Source of the DNA: Thalia democratica | Taxonomy: Eukaryota | Length of the DNA: 64,000 nt | Direction: 5' to 3' | Assembly (NCBI GenBank): GCA_965202585.1 | Contig: OZ241826.1 | Location: forward strand, 36,766,001-36,830,000 | Program-made: the position numbers and the translations under genes | Part shown: positions 28,026 to 41,170 of the stretch, in pieces | How positions within the stretch are numbered: position 1 is the first letter of the stretch | How the letters are laid out: each line of letters opens with the position of its first letter | Notes under the pieces: generated by a model | Told to the model about the DNA's origin: nothing | Databases searched by the model: none | Seen by the model: only the letters and a program-made list of their open reading frames with translations

Positions 28026-28392
28026 CAGGGTTGCAAAAATACCTGGAATTTGACAATATAGGCTAAAAAAACAAAAAAAAAATCTGATATTTCGAACAAA
28101 AATCACTAAAAAACGTTGTACAAAATTTTTATAAAACCTAGAATTTTTAACACCTTTATATGTTAAGTAGTAAAATTTTTGATTTCCCATTAGATAAAAT
28201 TATTTATCTTCATCAAAAAAATTAATTAAAACAGATTTAAGGAAGCTTTACAGTATTTTTTCAATGTTGTTATACTACCTAACATCAAGCTAATCTTTCA
28301 ATTAAAAATAATCCTAAAAATGTATACTTTTAAAAACCTGAGAGAAATTCAGAAACCTGGAAGTAATTTCTCAGAAAGATTAAGCAACCCTG
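28026..28392 (+). mobile_element. CAGGGTTGC-ended MITE with CCTGGAA subterminal repeats and an apparent 6-bp TSD
   Basis: CAGGGTTGCAAAAATACCTGGAATTTGACAAT...AAGCAACCCTG; flanks CATGTT and CATATT (5/6). Confidence 0.8.
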
Positions 28393-28770
28393 CATATTAA
28401 AAAGTGAATGAAAGTGTTTGGATAAGTTTATTAACTTACTGTATTACTAAGGAGCTTAATATATAAATTCAAACAGTGTTAATAATTCAGTTGAAGAAAG
28501 TAAGTGTTAAATTGGAAATAATTTTGTTATACCCACACTTAGTTCATGTAAGGTAAGCAGTATTTCATTCGATTTTTTTAACTTTTATGTTATAATACCC
28601 CTCATATCTAGTGTTATGTTCTTGTTTTTAAAATTAACTCATTTGAAATTTGACTGTTAAAGTTGTTGGTATCAGTTTTATCTGTAAATATTCACAGTCA
28701 ATTTATGTTAAAATACTTAAGGTCTAAAGTTTGACGATTGTGAGGGATATATATAGTAAAAAAAAATGAA

Positions 28771-28773
<3 letters not shown>

Positions 28774-28805
<32 letters not shown>
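28774..28805. repeat. (TA)n microsatellite
   Basis: Direct inspection. Confidence 0.95.
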
Positions 28806-28806
<1 letters not shown>

Positions 28807-28890
28807 TAAATTCCCAAACTCAATAATATCATGGTCTTTAGATAACTTTTCAGCAGCTTTCTAGCCGTACCTGGACACGCTTGTTGCTAA

Positions 28891-29230
28891 AACAAGGTTG
28901 TACAGTGACTGCTAGTAAGAAATTGAAATTATATTTAAAGATCAATAGTGAATGGGGATGTATTTTAGTTAATAACTTCAACTGCTTTCAAGCAGTAACT
29001 AAATAACCTTATTTATATTTAACAAGGTTATGTAGGTACTGCTACAAAGAAGCTGAAACTAAACTAAATCACCAGCCATATACAGTGGATATCCTGAAAA
29101 GCCAACTTAAATTTGTTATTTCAACTGCTTTTAAGCACGAACTATAGCTAACCTTGTTATTAACATTCAACAAGGTTGTATAGTACTGCTAAAAAGAAGC
29201 TGAAACCCTTTTCAGTTTCTTGTCAGGACC
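28891..29230. repeat. Three diverged tandem units of about 130-150 bp
   Basis: AACAAGGTT..TA..(G)TACTGCTA.AAAGAAGCTGAAAC-like motif at 28891, 29021 and 29169; TTCAACTGCTTT at ~28978 and ~29120. Confidence 0.65.
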
Positions 29231-32200
29231 AGTTGAAAAGGTATTTGATATAAATAGTTGAAAGTTTGAATAAAAATCTTTAAATTTTACAGACTATTTG
29301 TTGATGAAATTTCGATGGTTTTATTTATATTGGAAACCATAGACTTTCATCAACCAATAGTTTGCTATAAAAATATTTCTTTCTCTCATTACTTTGATAT
29401 CTTGAAATACCTGTGGTGGATGATGCAATAACAAAGCATGATAAGTTATCCAATGCTTTGCTAAAGCAAGTACTCCTCTGTCATCCTTACTGTACAATTA
29501 CTAAATGATAAAAGAAGTTATAAAAGTTATACTTACTATTTTTTGATTAACTTTCCTTGGTTTAAGTTAAATTAAAACCATAGATTTTAATCAACCGATA
29601 GTTTGCTATAGAAATTATTCGAGCTTCTAGTTATCTGTTGACGCACCTTTAACACATGCACCTTTATTTGTTGATGCACCTTAAATATCATAGATTTTCT
29701 TGATACTTTAAAGGCTGTGGTGGAATACTTTGTTAAAGCAAATGTTTCAGACTTTTAGGTTACACGAATGCTTACTACTTTAATGACGAATATTGTTTGG
29801 GTGAAATTGTGGAACCAAACAATTTTTTTCATTCAGTAGTTAGCTGTTAAAATCATCGGTTTGCAATTTCAAAAGTTTATAGAAAATAATGATGGTTTTT
29901 TGCTTCAGTTACCTGCGATAGATGGTACAAATACAAAGTATGTTTAGTTATTAGCTAAAGTACATTAGTTACATTTTTAACCATCATTGTTATGCTAATG
30001 CTCACTACTTTAAGGACAAATCTTGACTGGGTGTAATTAATAGAAGCATCAGTCGTTTTTTGTCGTTTGGCAGTTTGATATTAAATTCATCTTTTTGCCA
30101 CTTGGAAATTTTTAAAAGGTAAAAAATTGTATTACTTTGTTAAATTTAGAACATCAATTTTGTGAAAAGAATTTAATTATGTTCAAATTAATAATAAAAT
30201 ACGTTCAAGTAAACACAAAAAGGTTAACTTAATGTAAGCGTTATAAATAAGTTCTTTTTATAAATATCATAGAACTAGAATAAAAATTTATTTAGGATGT
30301 TTGGAAGTAAATAATAATAATAATTATTATTATTATTATCAATTTTATACAGTATAAATTCTAAAACAATATACCTGTTATTGATATTTATTAAATTTTT
30401 TGTAGTATGCTTTAGGTCAATATTGTTGCTTATTTTTACGTTTCTACATTAAATTAAATGTGCATACTATTTTTGATAGGTATTTATTGACTATTAAATA
30501 TTAAAACACTTGTTAATGCTTAACTGTGAACAGTATGGAGCTTATTTATGCAGCTACTTTGGATTTTCCGTCTGGATAAAATTTAACACCAACACACTTA
30601 ACATTAAAAAATTTATTTTGTTGAAGTTTACCATTCTTTTTTAACAAGTTTTTGATATAAAGTTAACTACAAACTTTCTTTTCTTATCATCACAATTATG
30701 TAATGTAGTTTTGTTTTAAATTCAATTGAAAATATGTTTTTCAAAAAGTTTAAAGTTGCATAGCTTTACTTTTCCTGCAACTTTTTTCATTTATTGCTGA
30801 AGTTGCTGTTTTACTTTTACAAATCATCTTCCTACCCTACAGTCTACATCTGAATAGATTTCAAGTTTTGAAAATTATAATCAAACTTGTACTAAGTGTT
30901 GTTACTTCTTTGTTAAAGGCATGTTTTTAGGGATATCAAATGTTTTTGACTCTTAAAACCTTAAACTTGTATTTTTTTTTCAAGTTAGGAAAATAACAAA
31001 GTAATTCAGAAAACTATGTAAGTTAATGACTTTGTATGCAAGTGATCTTTTATATTTTTTATGGTAATATTTTTCTTTTCTGATGCTTTAGAAATATCAG
31101 AAATTTTAATGATCTGATCATCATACATAGTTGCTTGTTTTGAAAATGACCAAGGTTATATTTATAAAAATATTTTTGTAAAGTAACATTTCAAAGTTGA
31201 AAACCTAAAAAAAAGAATATTAATTTTTAAGAAACATTTTTTACCAGAAACCAGTTCCTGACCTTTCAATTTATAACAGCAAACTCATCATTTAAGTTAC
31301 CAAAATAGTATCAAGATAATGATGTAGTATTTTGGTATTTTGCCTAAATACAATAACACTATGCTGGTCTTGTTAAAATTTTTCTATTTCTTTGCAAGTA
31401 CTATGTGAAGGTGTGGAAATACAGCATACTTTTCAACTTGTTGACTTAATTTAAAATATTTTCTTTAAACTTTTATGGTTGTGTAAAGAGCAGTCACAGT
31501 TTATTTCTATAAAACTTGATAGTTTAAAACAAACAAAAGCATAAAGCTGTAAATTTAAAAACAATTTATTATATTTTTAAAAACTAAAGTTAACATGTTG
31601 TAATCACATAATGAAGTATTTTTAACAATAGTGCCAATTGAAATCTTAAAGTTGTGTTGTACATTAATTAATATTTCTTACCTTTAAATCATCAGAAATG
31701 TAAATAGCTATAAATAGAAATTTTTTTTTTTAAATATTAAATCGAAATGATAGACTTTCATCAGACATGAAAAATGAAACTGTATGAGTTTAGGTAGAAT
31801 TTATTATTTCAAATGATGGATTTCCTTACAAACATTCAATAAGTTAACAATTACTGTGGTTTTCCTTTGAAACATAAAGATTAAATTAACAAATTGAATT
31901 TTCTTAACTACTTAATATGAAATAAAGGTTTAACAATTAAGTATATTGTCATTAAAGAAAATATCAATTTTTAAATAAATCAGATACTTTTTATCATTGA
32001 ACACCATTTACCTTAAAAATTAAACAAGGTTTAAAACTTTTGTTTTACTTTTGTTATAAACAAAAACTTTTGTCACCTTTGATTTACTAAACATATCTTC
32101 TTTATGGTAAGTCTAATCAAAGAACAGTTTGGTTTTAGTCAGTAAACTACAGTGATTATAACTTTCAATACTCCACTTTACTTGATAAATTACTCATTAA

Positions 32201-33017
32201 ATTAATCATTATTTTATATAAATCAAGCTTTACTAAAAATAATCATTTTAAGTTCGAAATATAAGTTTTTGACGACTTAAATGTGTACTTCAGTATCAAT
32301 AAAGTTTATTAATTATACTTCAGTACAAAATAAGAATCTTGACTTAAGCTCTTATATCAGAGTTAATTTTGAGTATAAACTGTCAATTATTTAATACAAT
32401 ATGCTATATATAAACAAATTATTGTGTTATGACAGTTAAAACACTGTGACGAACTGACTAAAACCATACATTGATGTAGTTAGACTTTCTTTACAAAAAG
32501 CTTAATGGTATTGAAATCTGTTCGATAAATCTGAAGCACTAAAGTTGGTGTGTCATTTTTTTACTTTAATTTGTCCGTTAGAGAGGGGTGTCAAGGCAAT
32601 TCTAAAGACAGAAACAACAAAGATTTTTAGCCCTCTGATTTATTTTAAAAAGTGGAAAGAAACACTAGACCAATATTTAAACAACAAATTTTTACAATGT
32701 CATTGTGATTTAAAATTGGTTAAGCAAACTTTTAAAAAAGGCCTTTGTCATACATTAAGTTTATGAAAAGTTACAAAGGTCTTCTTTTTAATAAAATCAT
32801 TATTTTATTAATCTTTCCTATTTGACTGTTAGTATTTAAACTGTGTGCAACTAAACAGCTGATGTGGGTTAGTTTAAATGTTTTATTGACTAGAAGTTTT
32901 TATTAACGTTTTATAAGCTTAATTAATATATGAGAAAGGCCTTTATTAGAAGTTGTGCTTAATCAATTTTAAATCATAACATTTTTAAGGATGTGATACT
33001 GAATTTTAACTAATATT

Positions 33018-33127
33018 GTCCTGGACATGACTTTAAACTGTATCTTGGTGTTTGACTCGATAACCGAAAGGTTTTTTACACCAGGTCCTTGGACCAAATA
33101 TTTTAGCGCTTTGTTATTCGTTCAATA
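33018..33127 (+). repeat. ~110-bp dispersed repeat, copy 3
   Basis: GTCCTGGACATGACTTTAAACTGTATCTTGGTGTTTGACTCGATAACC...CACCAGGTCCTTGGACCAAATATTTT...CGTTCAATAGAC. Confidence 0.7.
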
Positions 33128-34239
33128 GACATTAATTAATAATGTTTATTATTTTTAATGGAATTATTTTAACTCTCTATGAATGAGTTCAACATTCAAA
33201 GAAAGTATTTGTGAAAACTTTCAGAAGTATGGATCTGGTGTGGTGACCTTTTGGTAATGGAAAACAATAAACACATAATAACTCAGATAATTACTTAAGC
33301 TTATCCTAATATCTAAAAAATAGACTAAATTGTACTATACTAAGCATCCAAGGTAGAATATAGTGTAAATACTTTACTTAAATGAAACACAACAAAACTA
33401 ACAGAACAACAATTATATTTACATATTCTATTTTCAGTACAGTTATATTAAAAATAATTTATTACAACAGAAAAAAATATCTACATTGTAAGATCTGCTA
33501 ACACGACATGTACATCTTCTTCATCACGCATTGTGTCTTCTATCTGTTTTTGTTAAAACTATTAGTATTGAATATATCAAAATAACTTGAAATTTAGTTA
33601 CTTTTTTAATAGACTGAAAAGTTTCAAAAATTTCGAAGTTCATGCTAATCTTTGAATAATTACAGCTATTTACAGAAACCTGAACATATGAGTTATAATT
33701 AAATATAATAGTTCAATTCGTATCAATGTTAACCAAAAAAGAGTTATAAAGTAGTTATAATATAAATATAATGAGTGCTGTATAAATGTATTTGTGTAAA
33801 CATTTTGTTTGCAAAACATATTTTATAAAATTGTTATATTGCATTAGTTGTACATATATATCAAAAGTTTAAAAAGTTACATATATAAATTAATATTTTT
33901 TACCATTATTTAACTAGAACACACAAAGCGTTAGTTTAATTATTATTCTAATTAGTTTTACTATATAAGAATTTTAAACTTTGACTGTGAAAAAGACAAT
34001 AAAAATATTTTTTGGCTTTTAGTCTATTCACATATTAATTTTATATAGTTTAAATTTTATAATTTATCAAGATAAATTAAAAGCTTAACAAAATATTCAA
34101 GATATTTTGAATTCAGTCAAAACATGCTAATGTAAAAGCAGGACTCTATTCACACAAGGTTTAAAAAAAGACCCTTTAAAAGTATAAAAATTAAGAAATA
34201 CTTAATATATTTTGTGTGTTTATCCTTGACTAAAATTGT

Positions 34240-34780
34240 TTTTAAGAAATGAAAATTATATTGTTTACCTTTAATGAAAAAAAAAAACTTTTGCTTAATT
34301 AACAAAAATGAATTCAACCTACAACTCTTTGATAAAGTCAAAAATTTGTACAGAAGTGTAAGAATAAAAAATTATTATTGTACTGATGAACAGTATGAAT
34401 TCAATAGAAAACAAATATACATAGTCTAAATTTTTGTCAAAAAAAAAAAAGAAGAAGTAAGACACTATGAAAATAAAATGTATAACTAGTTCATATGGGT
34501 TAAATTAAGAAGAATTAATGACAGCTTACAAGATAGTCGATCTAAAAGAATAAAACTAAACGCAAATAGTACCTGCTGACAAAACAAAAAACAATTACAT
34601 ATTTCCAAAACAAAAACATAAAAATCTATAAGAGAAGCATAAAAAAAGTTAATAAGATAAAATGAAAAGTAATAATAAATCACCAACAAAATTAACAATA
34701 CTACATATTTTTGAAATGCCACAAAAAATGCTTTAACAACAATCAAAACACCGGGCAAACAATTTATAAACTTCATTAGA
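34240..34780 (+). mobile_element. Second, shorter copy of the Penelope-like element (region upstream of the RT motifs)
   Basis: Colinear with ~10-530. For example AACAAAAATGAATTCAACCTACAACTCTTTGA occurs at 62 and 34301, and ATAGTACCTGCT-ACAAAAC at ~335 and ~34567. Confidence 0.85.
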
Positions 34781-34959
34781 TTATTACAACAAACTGTATA
34801 ATAAATAGCTTTTTCACTAGAAATTTTTTTTGTAATTCAACCTTAAGTATTGTGAATGATAAGCGTGTTTTTGTTCATGCTACTAAAGACAGTATAATTG
34901 AAAAGTTATACTACCTTGCTACTCATATGTTTAAATAAAATTATAACATATTTTTTGTA

Positions 34960-35275
34960 CAACTTTTGTTTTTTAAAATTTTTTGAACTCCAAAGTAATG
35001 TTTTTTTTTAATAAAGATTAGACTGTGAACGTTTAAAGAAGACTGCTTGTAAATTGTAAAAGGGGATAGATTTTAATAAAATAGTCTTTTTATAGCTGTT
35101 TTACTTTTCACTTCCAATAGGGAACCTTCTATGCAGCCCGACTTTGATTAGTAATATCACAAAAACTAATTTGAATTTTTTAAAACGGTAACAAGCAACT
35201 TAAAGATTAGTAAAAACTCTATAAAATAAGATCAACCTGTAAAAAAGCATGGCTTACCCCCCTCTATGGCCTTTA
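34960..35275. mobile_element. One-ended fragment of the TTAA/Kolobok-like MITE family
   Basis: Colinear with 6640-6955 (AAAGATTAGACTGTGAA...CCGACTTTGA...AAAATAAGAT...CTATGGCCTTTA); no left end found. Confidence 0.75.
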
Positions 35276-35967
35276 TTTATCCAACATAATAAGTCATAGT
35301 TTAAATGGTATGGCCCGTCAAAAAAAAAATCATATGGGCTACAACGTATGTTCTAGCTTCTAAACCACTTGTACTAAATAGTCTAAGCTTCTTCTTAAAT
35401 AATTACTATGTTCTTTCAATTTAAATGCAAGTAGAAGCAATGCCTTTTTAATAATTGTTTTATTACAATTTTACTTTTTAAATATATGGTTAAAACTGAT
35501 TTTACAAAGGAATCTATTTAAGATGAAAATTCTTGTAATAAAATATATTCATTAAAAAATTCAAACATTTACTAAGTTTCAATGCAAACGGATTTTCAAA
35601 CTGTTATTTTGCAATAATAAAATAAAAAAAGACAAACCATTTAAAAGTTGTTAGTAAATCAATAAAAAACTAATTATATGGAAAAGTATATTGTTTATAT
35701 TTTAGTTAATCTTAATTTGGTTTTTATACTGAAACTAAAAATAATTAAGATTATATTTGATTTTGAACTTTTGAAAAGTATATAAACATATCAAAATTTG
35801 TTACACATTGTTTAAAAATTAAGTTATTATAGCTTAATTTTAAATGTTATAACTATTTAGTTTAAAAGTAACTTTATTTGCAAAAGGCTTATTTCTTAAA
35901 ACTAAAACGGTTTATTATACTTAATATATAAATTTGGACAAAAAACAGTAATATAAAAGAAATTTTA

Positions 35968-36629
35968 GGGCATAGGGGTGGTAAACACCCTTTTTTGGTT
36001 TTTGATCTTATTTTATAAAGTTTTTACTAAGCTACAAGATGCTTTTTACAGATTTTAAAAATTCAAAATAATTTTTGAGATATAGCCGGTCAAAGTCCAA
36101 GGCAACAAGAGCTTCCTTATGGGAGGCAAAAACAGACTATTTCACTAAAAATCTATCTCCTCCTACGTTTTTTGAGATAACTACCTCAAACTTTTAGGAA
36201 ATGTTCCTTGATATATTTAGAAAATTCTGTAGGAAGGAATTTTTGAAAAATTAAAAAACAAAACTTTTATATAAAAAATAAACAAAAAAACAGTTTATTT
36301 TTTGTTTTTTTGTTATAAAATTCTTATTTTTTAATTTTTTTGAATCTGTTCAGACAGAGTTTTTTAAATATTGCAAGGAACATTTCCTAAAAATTTGAGG
36401 TAGTTATCTCAAAAAACGTAGGAGGAGATAAATTTTTAGTGATTTCTTGTTATTTGCCATTTTAGTTTGCGCCTCCTATAAGGATCCTATTGTTGCCTCC
36501 GACTTTGACCGGCTATATCTAAAAAATATTTAGAATTTTTTAAATCTGTGAAAAGCATCTTGTAGCTTAGTAAAAACTGTATAAAATAAGATCAAAAACC
36601 AAAAAAGGGTGTTTACCCCCCCTATGCTC
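35968..36629. mobile_element. Kolobok-like foldback MITE with ~300-bp inverted arms
   Basis: TTTA-GGGCATAGGGGTGGTAAACACCCTTTTTTGG... pairs with ...CCAAAAAAGGGTGTTTACCCCCCCTATGCTC-TTAA. The arms stay complementary almost to the centre (GATATAGCCGGTCAAAGTC / GACTTTGACCGGCTATATC). Confidence 0.85.
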
Positions 36630-36769
36630 TTAAATGCTATTTTCATAAATTTAGAAAAAAACATCTAGTAAATGAAAAATTTTTTTTATAGAAATATAAA
36701 ATTCTAATATGGAGAGTCGGTATAAAATTTATTTTTAGTAGTAAATATTTTTAAAATCTATAAAAAGTT

Positions 36770-37330
36770 GTAAAAAACGTGTGGGCACTGAATGATTAGC
36801 TCATTTTTTATCTATGGATATTTTTTAAATCTATAGTGCATAATGGAGTTTTTCCAGGATACATAGGGTGCACATATTGATACGGTTGAAGTTATCAAAA
36901 GTCTCAAATAAAATGTAATCATAGTTCTGCGCAAAACCTTGATTAACTGTTGTTTAAAATTTTAACGATATGTTTTTCCATACAATTTTTTGATGTTTTT
37001 ATTATGAATTTTACTACAATTCTAACATCGTTTGGTACGTGGTGAAACTTAGTATTTGTTTGAATTTTCAATAAATAGTTTAAACTTTATTTTTAATTAG
37101 TACTTTATAGTTTACGTTACAAAACACGACGGGCTGATAATACTTTTTCTAAAGAATATGGACAAAAATGCTTAATATAGAAAATTTTGCCCATTACTTA
37201 TATAAATACCAACCCCTTATTGATACAATAATATTGTCTTTCTTGTATATATTTAATTGTAAATAATGGTAAATAAAACTCAGCGGTTTTTCTTCGTTTC
37301 ATTTCAAAGCTACAATAAGCTGAAGAGAAG
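36770..37330 (-). mobile_element. Degenerate 3' part of another Penelope-like element (GIY-YIG C-terminus)
   Basis: Minus strand gives NMCTLCILEKLHY (~36845-36880) and ELIIQCPH (36780-36803). The upstream limit is approximate. Confidence 0.6.
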
Positions 37331-37389
37331 ATTATCGTAATTGAAATAAAACTACTAAAAGATTTGAAATATTTTTATCATAGTTTTCA

Positions 37390-37811
37390 CAAGGTTGCCA
37401 CTCGTTTTTAAAAGATTTTTTCGAGGTTTTCAAAATTTCTTCCAGATTTTTAAAAGTACATTATTTTTTGGGTCTATTTTTAGTTTTAAGTTCAGTTAAA
37501 TGTAAGAAACTACGTTAAATAATACAAAAACATTGAAATGATACTGTCAAACTACTTTAATTATGTTTTTTAATAAAAAAAAAATTTGATGATGACAGTT
37601 TTTTTTTTTGAGTCAAATCAAAGTTTTACAACTAAATAGATAAAACTTTAAAACTCAAGGTTTTTCCAGGTGTTTTTAGTGATTTTTAATAAAAACTTAA
37701 GGTTTTTTCAAAAAAATTTAAAAAAAAAAACTCTAGGTTTTTACAGGTTTTTTTGCCAAAATTGTCAAATTCAAGGTTTTTCAAGGTTTTCCAGGTAAAA
37801 TGGCAACCCTG
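37390..37811 (-). mobile_element. CAGGGTTGCCA-ended MITE (reverse copy of 59601-59982) with perfect 6-bp TSD
   Basis: CAAGGTTGCCACTCG...AAATGGCAACCCTG; TTTTCA lies immediately on both sides (37384-37389, 37812-37817). The interior is the reverse complement of the 59601 copy (for example TTGGGTCTATTTTTAGTTTTAAG). Confidence 0.85.
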
Positions 37812-39549
37812 TTTTCAATAACAAAAATAAATATCTAACCGCTAACAAGAAGAAAAGTTTAATTTGCATTATTTTAAAAATTTAGTGTGAAATTGAACTA
37901 TAATGGAAACAATAGTGATAAAACAAAAAACACTTTCAAATAAAACTATATAAAAAAGTTAGACCATAGGAATCAACTTTTGGTTAATATTAATAACTTT
38001 TTTTTTTGAGTTTTATTTTTTCTTGTAAAGTTTATTGTAGTTCTAACTACTTAAAAAACTTTAAGTAAGTTCTTCAAGGGATCAATTATAAGGGATCTTT
38101 AGTAAGCTCGTTATGAATAGAGCAAAAAACCACGAAAAAGACTATCTTACAAAAAATTTTTAATGTTAACTTTTATTAAATTTTTTTTAACTTTTACAAT
38201 TAGTCCATTACTGTGTACACTTCTTTATTTCTTTTTTTTATGTTTATTGAGCTAGGGAATATTTATTTTAAAATTTATTTCATAGTACTTTTTTTTCAGA
38301 AAACTATCAAGAAAAAGTTTTTCTAAAGCTCTAAATTTAAAGAAAAAAATGTAAAAATTAAAAAGTTTTGAGTAACTATTTTTATTAAGTAGTCTGTTTA
38401 GTGTCATAAATCTTTTATAAAATTGATTATAATACAAATAAAAATTGATTTTACTTGTTAAACTTTTATAAAAAGAACTGAATTATACTTTATTTATGCG
38501 ACAAAAATAATTTTTCTAAAAAATACTTTGACCTCCCTGCTTCTATAACTTTTTTATTAACAAATATTTTATTTGATTTAGAAAATTATACTTTATTATA
38601 TATATAATTTGTATGATAATTTCTTTAGGTAAAAATACCCAATTTCATTTAACATATAAAAAAAAACTATAAATATCATGCAACTAAGTTCTAAACTTGT
38701 GTATAAGAAATAAAAACTTAAACAAATTTCAACATTTTCTTTGGGGATATGTGATTTATTTAGAGGTTTACAGATAAATATATCTTTATACGAATCTTCT
38801 CAAACTAATTACTTGAAATAAAGTTTAAACTTACCTAAGGTAGGACTGCCCGTTAAAGGTTCTGAAATGTTGATCCGGATCCTACTTGAGGTATTCTGCT
38901 GTGAAATTTAATAACAACTAATAGTAAAAAATGGAATATTTGAGTAAAAAGCTATGTGGTAAAACAAATTACTATAAAATATTTTAGTTGGATCATCAAC
39001 GCTAATTTATCTAATAAAAAAAGTAGTGGTTTTAATCTTTTACTTCAAAACATTTATTGATTACCATTTAATTAAAAATACCAAGTTAATAAAACTCAAA
39101 TTTTTAGCACTTTTAACAATCATAGATAAATTGAAAAGAAAATAGATCAGATCATTTGTTTACTAACATGTTGTAAATGCCTCTTGTGCTATGGAAGAAG
39201 GATTTTTAACCTTTGTGTTCGAAGCCTTTTTCAGGTGTATTCTGTTTCAAGTATAAAAATATAACTATTTTATTATATATTTACTTTGGAGTATTTTAAA
39301 ACTTTCAAATAAATTTGAACACATCAGAACTCTAAAAGCAAAAAAGGTCAAAATAGCTGTGAAATTTCAAAATGTAAGTGTTAGAGTTTAACTTTAAAGC
39401 AGACAATTTTTACGAAACCAAGTATCACTAAAAAGTGTTTATAGTACTATTTAGAACCAAAATGAAATTAATGCACCCTAAATTTATAAACGAAATAAGT
39501 TTTGTGCACCTTTAAAATTTTGTACATTTCATATAATGTTTGTGTACCC

Positions 39550-41170
39550 TAAAAAATTTTGTGCATTCCAAATGAAAAACTGCAGACTAGTGCGCATGAC
39601 CGAGCAAACCATGCAGAATACTGCTATAACTGATCAAATTATGTCCGATGAAATAACAACTTGTTTATTAGTAGAAGGTGCAAAGCAAAACGTATATTTT
39701 GTAGTCTAATTCAATATTTTTTACTTAATATAAACTCTCCATTTAGCTAAGGTAATGGAAAACATATATACGCCTACTAATGAATTCAATGCAGCCGGAT
39801 ATTCACTTTTGTTTAAAATATAAAGTATTAACACTGAACTTTACTAACATCTTACAAAACATCTAATTATAGAGAATAATATAAGACATGGAATTTGATA
39901 TTTGCAGGAATTGTTCTTATTAATATAGGAGAACCTTTTAAGAAGCTAAATTCATTTTTTATATTAAAGTAGAAGAAAAATATTAGTAAAAAAAAAATAC
40001 TGTTCTTTATCAACCTATACAATAAAACAGTATTTTGAAATAGCAACAACTAATCTATAGTTAAATAAAAATTAAAACAATAACTTTACTTAACATATAT
40101 AAAGCCCAATGAACTAAAACGAAAACAGTGAATAAAGTATTGGCTAGTAAGATAAACTCTATTAAGTTGCATCAGTCAGAAAGAGGTTTTTGTTACTGAC
40201 TTTACATAACATTAAAAACTATGGAAAGAGAATTAAAAATTATCTTAATTATCTAGAGTATTAATTTAATTAGTATTTCAGCAAAAACTAATTCAAAACC
40301 AGTAGTATGCTTTTTTGAGTTTTAAAATGATAAAGTTAAAAAAAAAAAATTATGTTCTTTCACTTTTTTTTTACAACACCGCAGGTTTTTCCAGTATTTA
40401 TTTTAATTTTAAATTTCCATGTTTTTTGGCCACACTAACTAACAATAAATTGATGATTACTAAAGCCATGTGTGGATGACAAAATTCTTTTAAATTAACA
40501 AAACTCGTAGTCCACAAGTAGACCTTTGATTATCTTAGCTATCATTTTTTACCGCTTAACACAGAGGTTGGCAGCCTTTATAAAAATTATAAATTTGCTT
40601 AATGGCCTCAATTTGTTTAAAAAAGACTTAAAAAGCCCAAATTTATTTAAAATAATTGTAGTAGTTGATTACCAAAATAAACATCTTAAAAGATAAAACA
40701 TGCAATAATAACTTTTTAGTAACTACTAAGTTTAAAATTAAGAGCCTAACTATGAATTTTTTATTTAACTTTTTTAATGCTTGTAAGAGTAAACTTTTGG
40801 CTAAAAATTCTTTTGTGGTAAGAATACTTTTGCACTGCAAACCGCAATTCGCCAACCCATGGCAAAACAAAATTTAAAGCAGTTTTCAAGGTTTTAGTTA
40901 TCTTTTTAGTGAGTTCATTGAAATTTCATTAAAATTAATTTCAGATTAAAAAATACTTTTAACAAAACATTTATTTTTCTCGAATATTACAATCAATCTT
41001 TGAAAAACACTACAATTAATTTACCATTAATATTGAAACAGTTAAGTAAAAAAATCTGTAAAATTGTGATTTTTATAGCTTAAAATAATGTAATGGGTCT
41101 ACATCAAGAGAGGCAAACTGTGGCAACAAAGCGAACGCGAATGTCTAAGGCTACAGTTTACTTTATGCTA
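39550..41170 (-). mobile_element. Possible very old hAT (Tip100-like) transposase fossil
   Basis: Weak ordered relics on -: IRVRFV (~41130), GLANCGLQCK (~40850), IKQIYNFYK...LKEFCHP (~40460-40610) and KSEYPAAL...RLQNI (~39690-39810). Motifs are only loosely recognisable. Confidence 0.3.

Noticed and set aside
33018-33127. SECIS element or tRNA-derived head in the 110-bp repeat
   Set aside because: ATGA is followed by AAA after only about 4 nt, whereas SECIS needs an 11-12-bp helix. No A/B boxes or cloverleaf were seen.
34381-34420. Hammerhead ribozyme core (CTGATGA...GAAA)
   Set aside because: No convincing stem II, it lies inside the PLE coding relic, and the paralogous site at ~143 reads CTGATGT.
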